Shown here: in pieces, positions 21,265 through 31,373 of the stretch | Layout of the letters: the number at the start of each line of letters is the position of its first letter | Position numbering within the stretch: position 1 is the stretch's first letter | Assembly: GCA_963845565.1 (NCBI GenBank) | Contig: CAWJSJ010000002.1 | Location: 1,984,001 to 2,048,000, forward strand | DNA length: 64,000 nucleotides | Reading direction: 5' to 3' | Source: an uncultured Methylomirabilota bacterium | GTDB taxonomy: Bacteria > Methylomirabilota > Methylomirabilia > Methylomirabilales > 2-02-FULL-66-22 | Notes under the pieces: model-generated | What the model saw: only the letters and a program-made list of their open reading frames with translations | Told to the model about the DNA's origin: nothing | The model's database searches: none | Position numbers and translations under genes: made by a program

Positions 21265-21357
21265 ATTGCCGATTTCAGATTGACGATTGCCGATTGCAGA
21301 TTGACGATTGGGGTCGGGCATGTCCCAAAATCGTCAATCGTCAATCGTCAATCGCAA
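21265..21357. repeat. Inverted heptamer tracts (GATTGAC / GTCAATC) forming a long hairpin after tRNA-Gln
   Basis: gattgacgattgccgattgcagattgacgatt ... aatcgtcaatcgtcaatcgtcaatcg. Confidence 0.8.
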
Positions 21358-21394
21358 ATCCCCTCTGTCGAGTAGGACCATCCCCGGAGGTCAA

Positions 21395-23015
21395 ATGACT
21401 AGCGAGCGTCGCGCGCACCGGCCGGCCGTCATGGGCACCCGCGGTGTCGCCAGCACCGCGCATCCCTTGGCGACCGGCGCGGCCATGGAGATGCTGTGGC
21501 GAGGCGGAAACGCCGTGGACGCGGCGGTGGCCGCGGCCGCCACGCTGAACGTGGTGGAGCCGTTCATGTCGGGGATCGGCGGGGACGGCCTGCTGCTGCT
21601 GACGCTGGGGAAGACCGGCGAGCGGAAGGTCCTGGACTTCATGGGCCGGACCCCGTATGCGGCGCGGCCCGAGGCCTGCCGCGCCGAGGATCTCCAGCGC
21701 GGGCCGAAGTCCTGCCTGGTGCCGGGGAACTTCGCCGGGTGGTGGGAAGCGCTGACGACTCATGGGCGGTTATCGCCCACGGAGGTTTTTGCGCCGGCCA
21801 TCCGCCACGCGGAGCAGGGATTCCCGCTGACGCATCGGGGGGCGTTCTTCGTCGGCGAGCACTGCCAGCGTCTGACGCCCGAGGCGATGGCGCTCTTCTG
21901 CCCGGGTGGCGCCGTCCCGGCGCCCGGCACGATCCTGCGACACGGGAATCTGGGGAGGACGCTGCGACGCTTGGCCACCGACGGTCCGGGCCTGCTGTAC
22001 CGGGGTGACATCGGGCGGCGAGTGTGCGAGGCCGTGCAGGCGGCTGGGGGTTGGCTCACTTCCCAGGACCTGGAGGCATTCCATCCCGAGTGGACGACGC
22101 CCATCGTTGCCTCGTTCCATGCCTACGAGGTGGCATCGGTCCCGCCGCCCGCGGCCGGGATCCAGGTGCTGGAGACGCTCGGAATCCTGGAGGGCTACGA
22201 CCTGCCGGGGCTCGGCCACAACAGCGCGGACGCGTTGCACGTGATCATCGAGGCGGTGAAGCTGACCATGGCGGACCGGATCGCCTACCAGTCCATCCCC
22301 GATCCGCCGGTCGCGGGGCTGCTCAGCAAGGTCTACGCCGCCGCGCAGCGCGCCCGGATAGACCCGAACCGCGCGGCGATCGGCGGCGGCGAGCGGTACA
22401 GCGCCTCGCCGCCCGCGGGCGCCGTGACGCCGGGCGATCCCTACGGCTACCAGCGGGAGCACACCACCCACTTCAGCGTGGTGGATGGCGACGGCAACGC
22501 CGCCTCCATCACCCAGACGCTGGGGAGCCCGTTCGGCTCCGGCGTCATCGCCGGCGACACCGGCATCCTGCTGAACAACCTGCTGATGTGGAACGACCTG
22601 GACCCGAAGAGCCCGAACGTGCTGGCTCCGCACCGCAAGGTGGAGACCCGGATGGCACCCGTGCAGGTCTTCGGTGAGCGGGGCCTGATCGCGGCCCTGG
22701 GGACGCCGGGAAGTTACGGCATCCCCCAGACCACCACCCAGATGCTCCTGAACCTGCTGGTGCACGGCATGGACATCCAGGAGGCGATCGAGGCGCCGCG
22801 CGTCCGCGTGTACACGGACCGGACCGTGGATGCCGAGGCCCGCATCCCGGCGGAGGTGCGGGCGGCCCTGGAGGCGCGCGGTCACGTCATCCGGGTCCTG
22901 CCGCGACTACTCCTGGGTCGTCGGCGGCGGGCAAGGAGTCACCCGCGACCCGGCGACCGGCACCCTGGCCGGCGGCGCCGACCCCCGCCGCGACGGGTAC
23001 GCGATGGGGTGGTGA
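21395..23015 (+). CDS. ggt: Gamma-glutamyltransferase family protein; indel near 22904
   Basis: GGNAVDAAVA, MSGIGGD, HTTHFSVVDGDGN, GSPFGSG; C-terminal GGADPRRDG in shifted frame. Confidence 0.88.
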
Positions 23016-23188
23016 GCAGGCACAGGCCGGACCGCCGTCATGATGTGGCCGCCCGAGAACCTGAGAGGGAGTGTCGCCTCGGTTCACGGAACATCAATTG
23101 ACATCCATACGGGTATTCGGTATCAATTGGCCCATAGCTCGAACGATGTTGGTCGAATCCTCCCTATGATCCAGCGGAGGGTTTCGCC

Positions 23189-23461
23189 GTGGACACCGAG
23201 AGGCGCACCCTCAATCTCATCCCGCTCGGCGGGCCCCAGCCGCCCCGGCCGCTCGACTGTTTTCAGCCTTCTCGACTCAATACGACCACAATACCCACCG
23301 ATCTTTCCGCAAGCCTCCTCGAAGAAGACGGGTACGATACCCGGACCGCACAGGAAGGGCTGGGGCACAAGGACGTGAGCACCACGATGATCTATACCCA
23401 CGTTCTGAACCGCGGTCCGGCGGCCGTCCGCAGCCCAGCAGACCGGCTCGCGATTCTGTAG
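23189..23461 (+). pseudogene. intI: Integron integrase remnant with large internal deletion
   Basis: N-terminal PPRPLD (IntI PRLLD-like) joined to [45 protein letters not shown], the IntI C-terminal signature. Confidence 0.85.
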
Positions 23462-23500
23462 ACCCCTGCCCCGGCACCACCCCCAGGCCCTCGGCCGGCC

Positions 23501-23680
23501 GAAATAGACAGCGAGCGCCTACAGCGTATCTCGGTGAGGTCTAGTGCCGCACCGGCCACAGCGTGGCGTTTGTCGACAAACGGATACCGTAAGAGCCCCC
23601 GACTGGGCGCACCGAAATAGGCTGCAGACGCCTGCAGCCCTAAAGGAAATAGACAGACCTGTCTACTTTTAGTTCGACGG
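23501..23680 (+). other. Candidate attI region
   Basis: Three GAAATAG(A/G)C direct repeats, then GTTCGACGG (23672) complementary to CCGTCGAAC at the end of cassette 1. Confidence 0.5.
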
Positions 23681-23690
23681 ACCAGTGACC

Positions 23691-24119
23691 ATGGCATGGA
23701 ATCGCAGACGAGCCTTCTGGGCGGTAGTTGGCGCAGGCATCATCGCCGCGATCGCCGGGCTTGTGCTGAGGCGCCATCCCACAGAATCGTCGTGGCTTCA
23801 GCCACCTGCGGGAGAGTACCAGAGGAAACTGTCGCAGATCCACGTAGGAGAGGGCGTTGACTCATCGGGGGCTGCTGAGATCGCGTCGATGTACATGAGC
23901 GAGTACGTCAGCGGCTGTGGGTTCCCGGAGCCGTTGGAGCTAGTTGACGGCAAGTGGGTCGGCCACCTTCGGGTTGGTTACGCTGGGACCCGGTCTGAAA
24001 GTGCCATCAAGGTCGACACCCAGAACGGTGGCGTCTCCTACGCGGATGGACCGACATTCACATCCCTTCGTGATGTCGCGGGGGACCTCCTCGGTGGCAT
24101 CTCGGCGCGAAGGCGATAG
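23691..24119 (+). CDS. Integron cassette hypothetical protein with N-terminal TM/signal
   Basis: ORF bounded by GTTCGAC and a complete attC. Confidence 0.7.
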   Translation: MAWNRRRAFWAVVGAGIIAAIAGLVLRRHPTESSWLQPPAGEYQRKLSQIHVGEGVDSSGAAEIASMYMSEYVSGCGFPEPLELVDGKWVGHLRVGYAGTRSESAIKVDTQNGGVSYADGPTFTSLRDVAGDLLGGISARRR

Positions 24120-24122
24120 GCC

Positions 24123-24185
24123 GTCGAACCCGGCGTTGAACCCGGCGGCGCTTGCGCGCCGCGGCTTAACGCCATAACGTTAGGC
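24123..24185 (+). other. attC site (intact-looking)
   Basis: R'' GTCGAAC, GGCGTTGAA/TTAACGCC L arms, R' GTTAGGC. Confidence 0.8.
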
Positions 24186-24251
24186 CGCGCGGGTCGGCAC
24201 GCGGAAGCACAGTAGTTAGACGCGGATTCACACTAAAAACGGAGGAAAGCA

Positions 24252-25790
24252 ATGCAGTCAATTAATCGGATCTACATATGCGCAGCACTGGTCGCAATGG
24301 TTCTGTTTGCTTCAGGTCGGACCTTCGCGCAGGCGCCTGTTGGAGCGCCGGCGAATCCTCAGTTCAAGTTCTCGACGCCCATCGCCCCGGGCGTCGCCGT
24401 GCCGGACAAGATCGAAAGCTCCATCGGCACCCTGAATCTGAGCTACGGCTATCCCAAGGCAGACACCGTCAAGAAAATCTACGACAACCTTGATCGTTCG
24501 CGCGCCCTGCAGGCTTACCTCATGGCGATCCCGATCGTGAATCAGGCTGGCATGCGCGACTCGCTCCGCAAGTTCGGGCCGGACAACCAGACCGATGTCA
24601 TCTGGGAAGACCTCGTCGATGCCCGGACGGTGGAACTCACGGCGAACGACAACACCATCTACAACTTCATCTGGCTCGACACGAAGAAAGGTCCGCTGGT
24701 CGTGGAGATTCCGCCCGAGGTCTTGGGCGGCGTGAACGATTTCTGGTATCGCTGGGTCGCCGATGTGGGCATTACCGGCGAGGATCGGGGCAAAGGCGGC
24801 AAGTACCTCGTTCTACCGCCCGGCTACAAGGGCGAGGTCCCGGCGGGTTATGTGGTCCTGCGGCCGAGCACGTTCGGCAACTGGCTTTTCTTTCGCGCCT
24901 TCCTCGTCGATGGCTCCACGAAGCCCGGCGTCGAGTCGGTCAAGAAGCACCTGAAGATCTATCAGCTTTCGGAGGCCGCGAATCCTCCATCGGTCAAGTT
25001 CATCAATGCCTCGGGCGTTCCCGCGAATTTTGTCGCACCCGGCGACTACGCGTTCTGGGAGCTTTTGAACAAGGTTATCCAGGAAGAGCCCTCGGAAGGA
25101 AGCGATCCGACGACGCTTGGCCTCTTTGCCTCCATCGGCATTGTCAAAGGGCAACCTTTCTCGCCCGACGAACGGATGAAGAAGATCCTCACGGACGCGG
25201 CAAATATCGGCGCCGTCACGGCGCGCACCATCGCCTTCAAGGTGCGCTCGAAAGACGCCTACTTCTTCCCGAACAGCGCGTGGCGCCTGCCGTTCTTCGG
25301 CGGCTATAAGTTCGAGAGCGCGCCCGGCGTGACGAACATGGACGGCTACATCTTCTACTACTACTTTGCCACCGGCGTTACTCCTGCCATGGAGATGAAG
25401 ATGGTCGGCAGGGGGTCGCAGTATCCATGGGCAGTTCAGGACTCGAAGGGCAACCCGTTCGACGGCGGAAAGACCTACAAGATGCGCCTGCCGCCCAACG
25501 TACCGGTGAAGGATTTCTGGTCGGTCATCGTGTATGACAACCAGACGCGCTCGATGGTCCAGACGGATCAGAAGTCCCCGAGCGTGAGCAGCCAGAACAA
25601 AGCGCTGAAGACGAACGCAGACGGGTCAGTGGATGTCTATTTTGGCCCGCGCCCGCCGAAAGGGCTTGAGAACAACTGGGTGCAGACGATTCCCGGCAAA
25701 GGGTGGTTCATGATCCTGCGCCTCTACGGGCCGCTCGAACCGTGGTTCGACAAGACCTGGCAGCCTGGCGAGATCGAGCTTCAGCGGTAA
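24252..25790 (+). CDS. DUF1254/DUF1214 family exported protein
   Basis: Signal peptide; LTANDNTIY, GKGGKYLVLPP, FWSVIVYD, NADGSVDVYFG, LRLYGP. Confidence 0.88.
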   Translation: MQSINRIYICAALVAMVLFASGRTFAQAPVGAPANPQFKFSTPIAPGVAVPDKIESSIGTLNLSYGYPKADTVKKIYDNLDRSRALQAYLMAIPIVNQAGMRDSLRKFGPDNQTDVIWEDLVDARTVELTANDNTIYNFIWLDTKKGPLVVEIPPEVLGGVNDFWYRWVADVGITGEDRGKGGKYLVLPPGYKGEVPAGYVVLRPSTFGNWLFFRAFLVDGSTKPGVESVKKHLKIYQLSEAANPPSVKFINASGVPANFVAPGDYAFWELLNKVIQEEPSEGSDPTTLGLFASIGIVKGQPFSPDERMKKILTDAANIGAVTARTIAFKVRSKDAYFFPNSAWRLPFFGGYKFESAPGVTNMDGYIFYYYFATGVTPAMEMKMVGRGSQYPWAVQDSKGNPFDGGKTYKMRLPPNVPVKDFWSVIVYDNQTRSMVQTDQKSPSVSSQNKALKTNADGSVDVYFGPRPPKGLENNWVQTIPGKGWFMILRLYGPLEPWFDKTWQPGEIELQR

Positions 25791-25830
25791 CTCGCCAGCG
25801 GCGCGCATGCGTGGCAGCGCTCAACGAGCG

Positions 25831-25891
25831 ACCCAACAACCGGTTCCAGCGGACGGGTCTGACGCCCCGCCGCTGAACCGGGGCATTGCGC
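25831..25891 (+). other. attC site with degenerate R'
   Basis: R'' ACCCAAC, CGGTTCCAGCGG/CCGCTGAACCG arms, R' ATTGCGC. Confidence 0.7.
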
Positions 25892-25982
25892 GGGCTCGGC
25901 ACGCAGGTGGCGTAAGCACTCCGGCCTGCTGGTGACGCCTCGGGGGTGAACGCAAGCTTGGCGGCCCCCGCGCCCGCGCAAC
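25885..25982 (+). repeat. 98-bp ORF-less cassette, copy 1
   Basis: TTGCGCGGGC...GCCCGCGCAAC complementary ends; colinear with 26954-27051. Confidence 0.7.
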
Positions 25983-26221
25983 GGAGCGGCGGCTGCCCAG
26001 CCCCCGTCGGCCGTCGCGCGCCGCGCCGCCCACCCGCGTCTGCAGCCGCCACTCCTCCCTGCGGTCGGGAAGCGGCCGAGCCGCGGCCCCGTTCGACCAG
26101 AGGGGAGGGAACGATGGGACGATCTGGGCGTTCCTCGCCGGATCAACCGTCTGGTGTTTCCGGCATCGGCTTCGACATCGTATGGGCCACGTGGTAGAAT
26201 GACTGTAAAGGAGGCCCACAC

Positions 26222-26440
26222 ATGACGAAGCTCCTACAAGACGCCTTTGCGAAGGCTTCGGCGTTACCACCTGCAGAACAAGACGTGTTGGCTTCTCGCT
26301 TGCTTGCCGAGTTGGCGGAGGAGGATGACTTCGATCGTGCCATTGCTGCCTCGTCCGACAAGCTCGCCTGCCTCGCTCGGGAGGCCCTAGCCGAATATCG
26401 CGATGGGCGCACCCAGGAGTTGGATCCGGACGCCTTATGA
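26222..26440 (+). CDS. Putative type II antitoxin
   Basis: MTKLLQDAFAKASALPPAEQD...LAREALAEYRDGRT; own promoter TCGACA-17-TAGAAT, AGGAGG RBS; overlaps toxin start. Confidence 0.75.
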   Translation: MTKLLQDAFAKASALPPAEQDVLASRLLAELAEEDDFDRAIAASSDKLACLAREALAEYRDGRTQELDPDAL

Positions 26441-26706
26441 ATTCTCGCACGACGCGGCGCTTTCGAGAGCTCTTCGCGATGTTGCCAGCGCCCGCCCAAC
26501 GTCAAGCACGAGAAGCCTATCGGCTTTTTCGGCAGGACCCGGGTCACCCCGGGCTGCGCTTCAAGCAAGTCTGGAGCGATCCTCCTACCTATTCGGCCCG
26601 CGTCGGAATCAGCTACCGTGCCGTGGGCGCGCTCGACGGCGATACGGTGATTTAGTTCTGGATTGGCACCCACGCCGACTACGATAAGCTTCTGGAAAGC
26701 CTGTAA
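26437..26706 (+). pseudogene. RelE/ParE-superfamily toxin with premature TAG at 26653-26655
   Basis: HPGLRFKQV...YSARVGISYRAVG...VI*FWIGTHADYDKLL; stop replaces the expected Trp. Confidence 0.75.
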
Positions 26707-26847
26707 GCGTCGAACCTGGACATGCAGCCGACCTGGGCGGCCGGGCGGAGATCCATGGAAAGTGACAGTCATTCTCGGGCTTGGCGTCCTCGTTCTGCTT
26801 GCGGCGGTGTCGGCCCGCTGAGAGCCCATCGACTCCGTGGCAGAGCG

Positions 26848-26960
26848 GCCTAACCCTTCCAGCGAGCGGACATCCAGTGGCTTGGCCAGCTACGCCCCCG
26901 TGTATATTGTCCGCGCCGCTGGCCCAAGGGGCTGGTTGCCGCTCATGTCAAGCGCTGTGC
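26848..26960 (+). other. attC site with degenerate R'
   Basis: GCCTAACCCTTCC..GAGCGGACA...TGCCGCTCATGTCAAGC-GCTGTGC. Confidence 0.7.
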
Positions 26961-27051
26961 GGGCTCGGCATGCGGGTGATTTGGGCGCTCCGGTCCGCCG
27001 GTGACGATGGAGCGGTGAACGACAGCCTTGCGGCCCCCGCGCCCGCGCAAC
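26954..27051 (+). repeat. 98-bp ORF-less cassette, copy 2
   Basis: Same length as copy 1 with shared blocks GCGGGCTCGGCA, GGTGACG, GGTGAACG, GCGGCCCCCGCGCCCGCGCAAC. Confidence 0.7.
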
Positions 27052-27184
27052 AGCGCCTGGAGCCGACACCCCTACGCTGCGCTCCGGCGTAACGGTTGCC
27101 TGTGGCCGCGGAATCCGCGGTGACAGGGCGTTGGGGAAGCCGCGGCCCGGTGGGCTGCTGAAGATCACCGAGAGGGAAAACACG

Positions 27185-27935
27185 ATGCAAAGTCCGTCCC
27201 GACGGCCCAGCAGATTCCTGGCGCGAGGCCTCGCGATTCTCTACGAGGACCGGGACATTCTGGTGGTGGATAAGCCCTCCGGGCTCTTGACGGTGGGGAC
27301 GGAAAGAGAGAAAGCGCGAACCGCCTATTTCGCCCTGACCGAATATGTCCGCAAGGGGGACGCCAGGTCCAGGAACCGTGTTTTCATCGTCCATCGCCTG
27401 GACCGGGAGACCTCGGGGGTCCTCGTGTTCGCGAAGACCGCAGAGGCAAAGTTCTGCCTGCAGGGCGCGGTGGGACGAGACGAAGAAGAGGTATCTCGCC
27501 GTCGTGCATGGCAAGTGCGAGAAGCGCTCGGAGACCATCACGACCTATCTGGCAGAGAACAGCGCCCACGGCGTGTACTCCACCGCCGATACCAAGAAGG
27601 GCAAATTGTCGCAGACGGCGTATACCGTGCTCAAGGAGACGAAGGACTTGACCTTGCTGGAGGTCGAATTGCTGACGGGCAGAAAGCACCAGATCCGCGT
27701 CCATCTGGCGGATCGGGGGCACCCGGTGGTGGGCGATAAGAGGTATGGCAGGGCGAATACGGCGCACCGGCGTCTGGCGCTGCATGCCAGATCCCTGTCC
27801 TTCAGGCACCCCGTCAGCGGCGAGCAACTCACCTTCGAGGCGCAGGCGCCCCCGCATTTCAAAGAACTCGTCGGCAGTTTCGAGCACCTTCGTGTCCAAC
27901 CGACAACGGCAAAGGACCCGAGCGCGCGCCGTTGA
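27185..27935 (+). CDS. RluA-family pseudouridine synthase, frameshifted near 27466
   Basis: VVDKPSGL, VHRLDRETSG, TGRKHQIRVHL, GHPVVGD, LALHA across two frames. Confidence 0.85.
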
Positions 27936-27950
27936 GGTATGACGTTGCGC
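27894..27950 (+). other. attC site overlapping RluA 3' end
   Basis: R'' GTCCAAC, CAACGGC/GCCGTTG arms, R' GTTGCGC. Confidence 0.6.
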
Positions 27951-28146
27951 GGACTTGGCACGCAAGTGGCTTGAGCGATTTGGCCCTTCGGCGTATGCTT
28001 GCGAGGTACAGGAGAGCCTGGCGGCAGGGGTGCGTTACCATGCCGTGCAAAGCACGGCCCGTTTCAACGCAACGCGGCGTCGATTGGATGCGAGGCAGGA
28101 GGAAGCGCAGCACGACGCACCAGGAAAGGGAAAGCGAGGGGTCGTC

Positions 28147-28239
28147 ATGGCAAAAGGGAAGAGTACGCAGAGGAAAGAGATCAAGAAGCCGAAGAAGGCC
28201 GCGGTGAAGCAGTCGGTCACGGGTAGCAAGAAGACGTAG
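28147..28239 (+). CDS. 30-aa Lys-rich small protein
   Basis: MAKGKSTQRKEIKKPKKAAVKQSVTGSKKT*, GAGGG RBS. Confidence 0.5.
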   Translation: MAKGKSTQRKEIKKPKKAAVKQSVTGSKKT

Positions 28240-28433
28240 ACACGATTTGCTCCGATCGATGGGCGCGGGCGGCTTGGCGTTGATCGCTTCGTCCTGGGCC
28301 GACAGCTTCCGCGATCGAAGGGCCGGCGCCGAACGAGCGGTTGCCCCGGCACCGGCACAGCATCGTGTCGCCCGCCGCCAATGCCGTTGCGCCGGCCCGG
28401 TGTGCCTGGTCGGCCGCTTACGCAGGGGACTTT

Positions 28434-29087
28434 GTGGTTGAAGCACCGGCAATCCGGCATCGGGCGCAATCCCGCGGGGAGGAACTGGCCAACAGCATCA
28501 GCCACGGCACGGGCTTCCTCGCCGCGCTGATCGCCCTGCCGGTGCTCGTGCTGGGCGCGGTCCGGCACGGCCCGGCCGCCCTCGTGGGCGCCGGGGTCTT
28601 TGCCGCGACCGTGGCCCTCCTCTATCTCACCTCGACGCTCTACCACGCGCTGGCCCCAAATCGCGCCAAGCGCGTGTTCCAGATCCTCGACCACGGCGCG
28701 ATCTACCTCCTCATCGCCGGGACCTACACGCCGTTCACCCTGGGCGTCCTCCGGGGCCCCTGGGGGTGGACGCTCTTCGGGCTCATCTGGGCCCTCGCCG
28801 TGGCCGGCATCGTCCTCAAGTCGTTCGGGGGCGTGCGCCACCCGCGGCTGTCGACCGGGCTGTACCTGGCCATGGGGTGGCTGATTCTGGTCGCGGCCCA
28901 GCCGTTGTGGCACGCGATGCCGGGGTGGGGGCTCTTCTGGCTCGCGGCCGGCGGGGTCGCGTACACGGCGGGGGTGGGGTTCTATGCGGCCGGCCGCCGG
29001 ATGCGGTACGCCCACTTCGTGTGGCACCTGTTCGTCCTCGCGGGCACGGCGTGTCACGTCATTGCGGTGCTCCGATACGCGGCCTAA
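28434..29087 (+). CDS. Hemolysin III / PAQR family membrane protein
   Basis: EELANSISHG, STLYH, LDHGAIYLLIAGTYTPF, HFVWHLFV; ends in GCCTAAC. Confidence 0.9.
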   Translation: MVEAPAIRHRAQSRGEELANSISHGTGFLAALIALPVLVLGAVRHGPAALVGAGVFAATVALLYLTSTLYHALAPNRAKRVFQILDHGAIYLLIAGTYTPFTLGVLRGPWGWTLFGLIWALAVAGIVLKSFGGVRHPRLSTGLYLAMGWLILVAAQPLWHAMPGWGLFWLAAGGVAYTAGVGFYAAGRRMRYAHFVWHLFVLAGTACHVIAVLRYAA

Positions 29088-29226
29088 CCCGCGCGTGCCG
29101 CCGGCCCCCGCGGGCGAGCGTGCCTGACGCTCCGGCGCGAGGAACTGGAGTTGGCCGGTGCGATGGCCCACGGCAGTGTGGCTACAGCAGAAGCGCAGAT
29201 GGTTAGCTGAGCACACATCTGGCACT

Positions 29227-29255
29227 TTGACGTCATGACGTCTTGGCGCTATTCT
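29227..29255 (+). promoter_or_regulatory. TA promoter with palindromic operator
   Basis: TTGACG-17-TATTCT overlapping palindrome GACGTCATGACGTC. Confidence 0.65.
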
Positions 29256-29275
29256 TGCCCATGGAGGTGATGACC

Positions 29276-29509
29276 ATGATTGAACCAGTAAAGCGCTCCA
29301 CAATCTACTTCAGTTCCGACGTGCATCGAGCTCTTCGCATCAAGGCGGCCCATACCCAGCGTACCTTGTCCGATCTCGTCCACGATGCCGTTCGGTTGGC
29401 CCTGCGCGAGGACCAAGAGGACTTGGCTGCCTTTGTCGAACGACAAATGGAACCCGTCATGAGTTATGAGGAACTTCTAAGAGACCTGAAGGCTCATGGG
29501 AAGATTTAG
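29276..29509 (+). CDS. CopG/RHH antitoxin
   Basis: KRSTIYF...HRALRIKAA...EDQEDLAAF; GGAGG RBS. Confidence 0.8.
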   Translation: MIEPVKRSTIYFSSDVHRALRIKAAHTQRTLSDLVHDAVRLALREDQEDLAAFVERQMEPVMSYEELLRDLKAHGKI

Positions 29510-29764
29510 GCTGGCCTTCAAGAAATCGGTGGCCAAGGATCTACGTGACCTTCCGAAGAAGGACGTTTCTCGGATTCTGAAATGCTTCGATGTTTACGCC
29601 GAGGACCCGCGCGGGCGGGGTTGCGAGAATCTGACCGGACAAGAGACAGTTATCGGGTCTGTGAGGGGTCGTACCGCATCATTTACGAGATCCAGGATGA
29701 CGCTCTCGTGGCAATCGTCGTCAAGGTCGGCAACCGGCGCGATGTGCACCCAGGAGCAGTCAAC
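29496..29764 (+). pseudogene. RelE/StbE toxin, frameshifted and degenerate
   Basis: FKKSVAKDLR...DPRGRGCENLTGQE / YRV..GSYRIIYEIQD...VVKVGNRRDV in two frames. Confidence 0.75.
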
Positions 29765-29868
29765 AGTCGCATCCACCTGACGAGCACTCTTGTCATGCCG
29801 CTTGCAAGCGGCGCTACGATCCGCCGTACAGGCGCCGGACGGGCTCGCAGGTGATGGGGGCGTCAGCC
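29758..29868 (+). other. attC site with degenerate R'
   Basis: AGTCAAC, CATCCACCTGACGAGC/GCTCGCAGGTGATG arms, R' GTCAGCC. Confidence 0.65.
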
Positions 29869-30122
29869 GGCGGAGGCCGAGGTCCCGGAGGACACGCAAT
29901 GGGACATCGACGATCAAAAGAGAAAGTCCAGGCAACGCAAAACTGGGCCGCATTCGTTGCTCGTAATAGACAGCAAATCCTTATGGGGCGTTCTTGCAGC
30001 TCGTAGAGAGCTACTTCGTATCCGGATACGAATTCTATGAGCCCAGTGTTTTGCGGAGTGAGGATCAGCGACGCTTGAAGCACCGATTCGGCTGAATGAT
30101 CCTATGACCAATACGATTGTCA

Positions 30123-30182
30123 GCCCACCCCCTTCGTTCCAGCGGACGGCCTTCGGCGATTGCCGAAGCTCAATCGTTCGGC
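30123..30182 (+). other. attC site with degenerate R''
   Basis: GCCCACC..TTCCAGCGGACGGCCTTCGGC...R' GTTCGGC. Confidence 0.55.
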
Positions 30183-30215
30183 GAATATGTGTGTGGAGCA
30201 TCAGAGGCGGGGATC

Positions 30216-30845
30216 ATGAAACGCGCAATCCAGATTCTACTTGCAGCCGCGGTCATCATCTTGGGAGCGATGGAAGCCATGGCGATCGAAGAGGCCACGT
30301 ACACCGTCGTGAAAAAGGACCACAAGTTCGAGATCCGCGATTATGCACCCCACATCCTCGCCGAAACCGTCGTGGAAGGGGACCTGGAGGGGGCGGGAAA
30401 CAAGGCATTCAACCGCCTCTTTCGCTATATCTCCGGCGAAAACCGGTCGCGCGACAAAGTGGCGATGACGGCCCCCGTCTCCCAAGAGCCAATGGGGGAG
30501 AAGATCACGATGACGGCGCCCGTCGGACAGCAGCGGGTGCAGGACAGATGGGTGGTCAGCTTCATGATGCCGGCCGCGTACACTCTGGAAACCCTTCCAG
30601 AGCCAGAGGATCCCGCGGTCAGGCTGCGCCAGGTGCCAGCGCGCCGGATCGCCGCCGTGCGCTACTCCGGTTTCTGGAGCGAGACGGGTTACCTGCGCTA
30701 CAAATCGGCACTGGAGTCTTGGATTCACGCACGGGGCCTGATCGTGGTGGGCGATCCCATATGGGCCCGCTACAACCCCCCGTTTACCCCGTGGTTCTTG
30801 CGGCGGAATGAGATTCTGATTCCGGTCGATGCAGGCCCCCACTAA
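30216..30845 (+). CDS. SOUL-family heme-binding protein with signal peptide
   Basis: FEIRDY, AFNRLFRYISGEN, KITMTAPV, FMMP, YNPPFTPWFLRRNEI. Confidence 0.9.
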   Translation: MKRAIQILLAAAVIILGAMEAMAIEEATYTVVKKDHKFEIRDYAPHILAETVVEGDLEGAGNKAFNRLFRYISGENRSRDKVAMTAPVSQEPMGEKITMTAPVGQQRVQDRWVVSFMMPAAYTLETLPEPEDPAVRLRQVPARRIAAVRYSGFWSETGYLRYKSALESWIHARGLIVVGDPIWARYNPPFTPWFLRRNEILIPVDAGPH

Positions 30846-31268
30846 GAGAACGCCAACAATCGCCATTGGTTCTTCGATTCTGCCGAAGTCATCCGGAAGT
30901 TGGCTCACGCGAACGCTATCGGCCTGGCGGGGACCACACGCGTTTTGTACGAAGTCCATGAACTTGAGTGCGATGATGCCGAAAGTCAGTGCCGGACCTT
31001 CAAACCGGAGCCGTCATTCATAACCCAATTCGTCCTGCCGATTGCGAAGGTGTCAAAAGGGGACGACGTCGAAACCTTCTCGGCGGGGACCGGCGCAGAA
31101 TGCTCCCCACTGGCGTGCAATGCGTCGGCTGCCGACGTGGAAACCAATCAGCATTGCGTGTTGATTTCCTTCGAGCGGGCGAACCAATTGCTGGAGGAGG
31201 GGAAATTCAAGAACACGGAACCTGGGCCCTATCGGATATTCGCCGTGTATACGGTGGAGTGGCCCTAA
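30846..31268 (+). pseudogene. 5'-truncated hypothetical cassette gene
   Basis: Open frame with no RBS/ATG starting right after the SOUL stop; ends at CCCTAAC (R''-like). Confidence 0.45.
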
Positions 31269-31373
31269 CCTCGGCGTGACGTGGAGCCGCAACGGCAGCG
31301 CTTGGCTTGCCGGTGCATCCCGCCGAATTCGGTCGCTCAGCCGGACGATGTACGAGGAATTGGAGGAAAACCA

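Noticed and set aside
23085..23160. LexA box in the intI promoter
   Set aside because: GAAC/GTT half-sites are present but spacing does not match a LexA consensus I can name
26653..26655. Pyrrolysine or programmed amber read-through in the toxin
   Set aside because: Position corresponds to a Trp; TGG to TAG is a simple nonsense change and no pyl genes are seen
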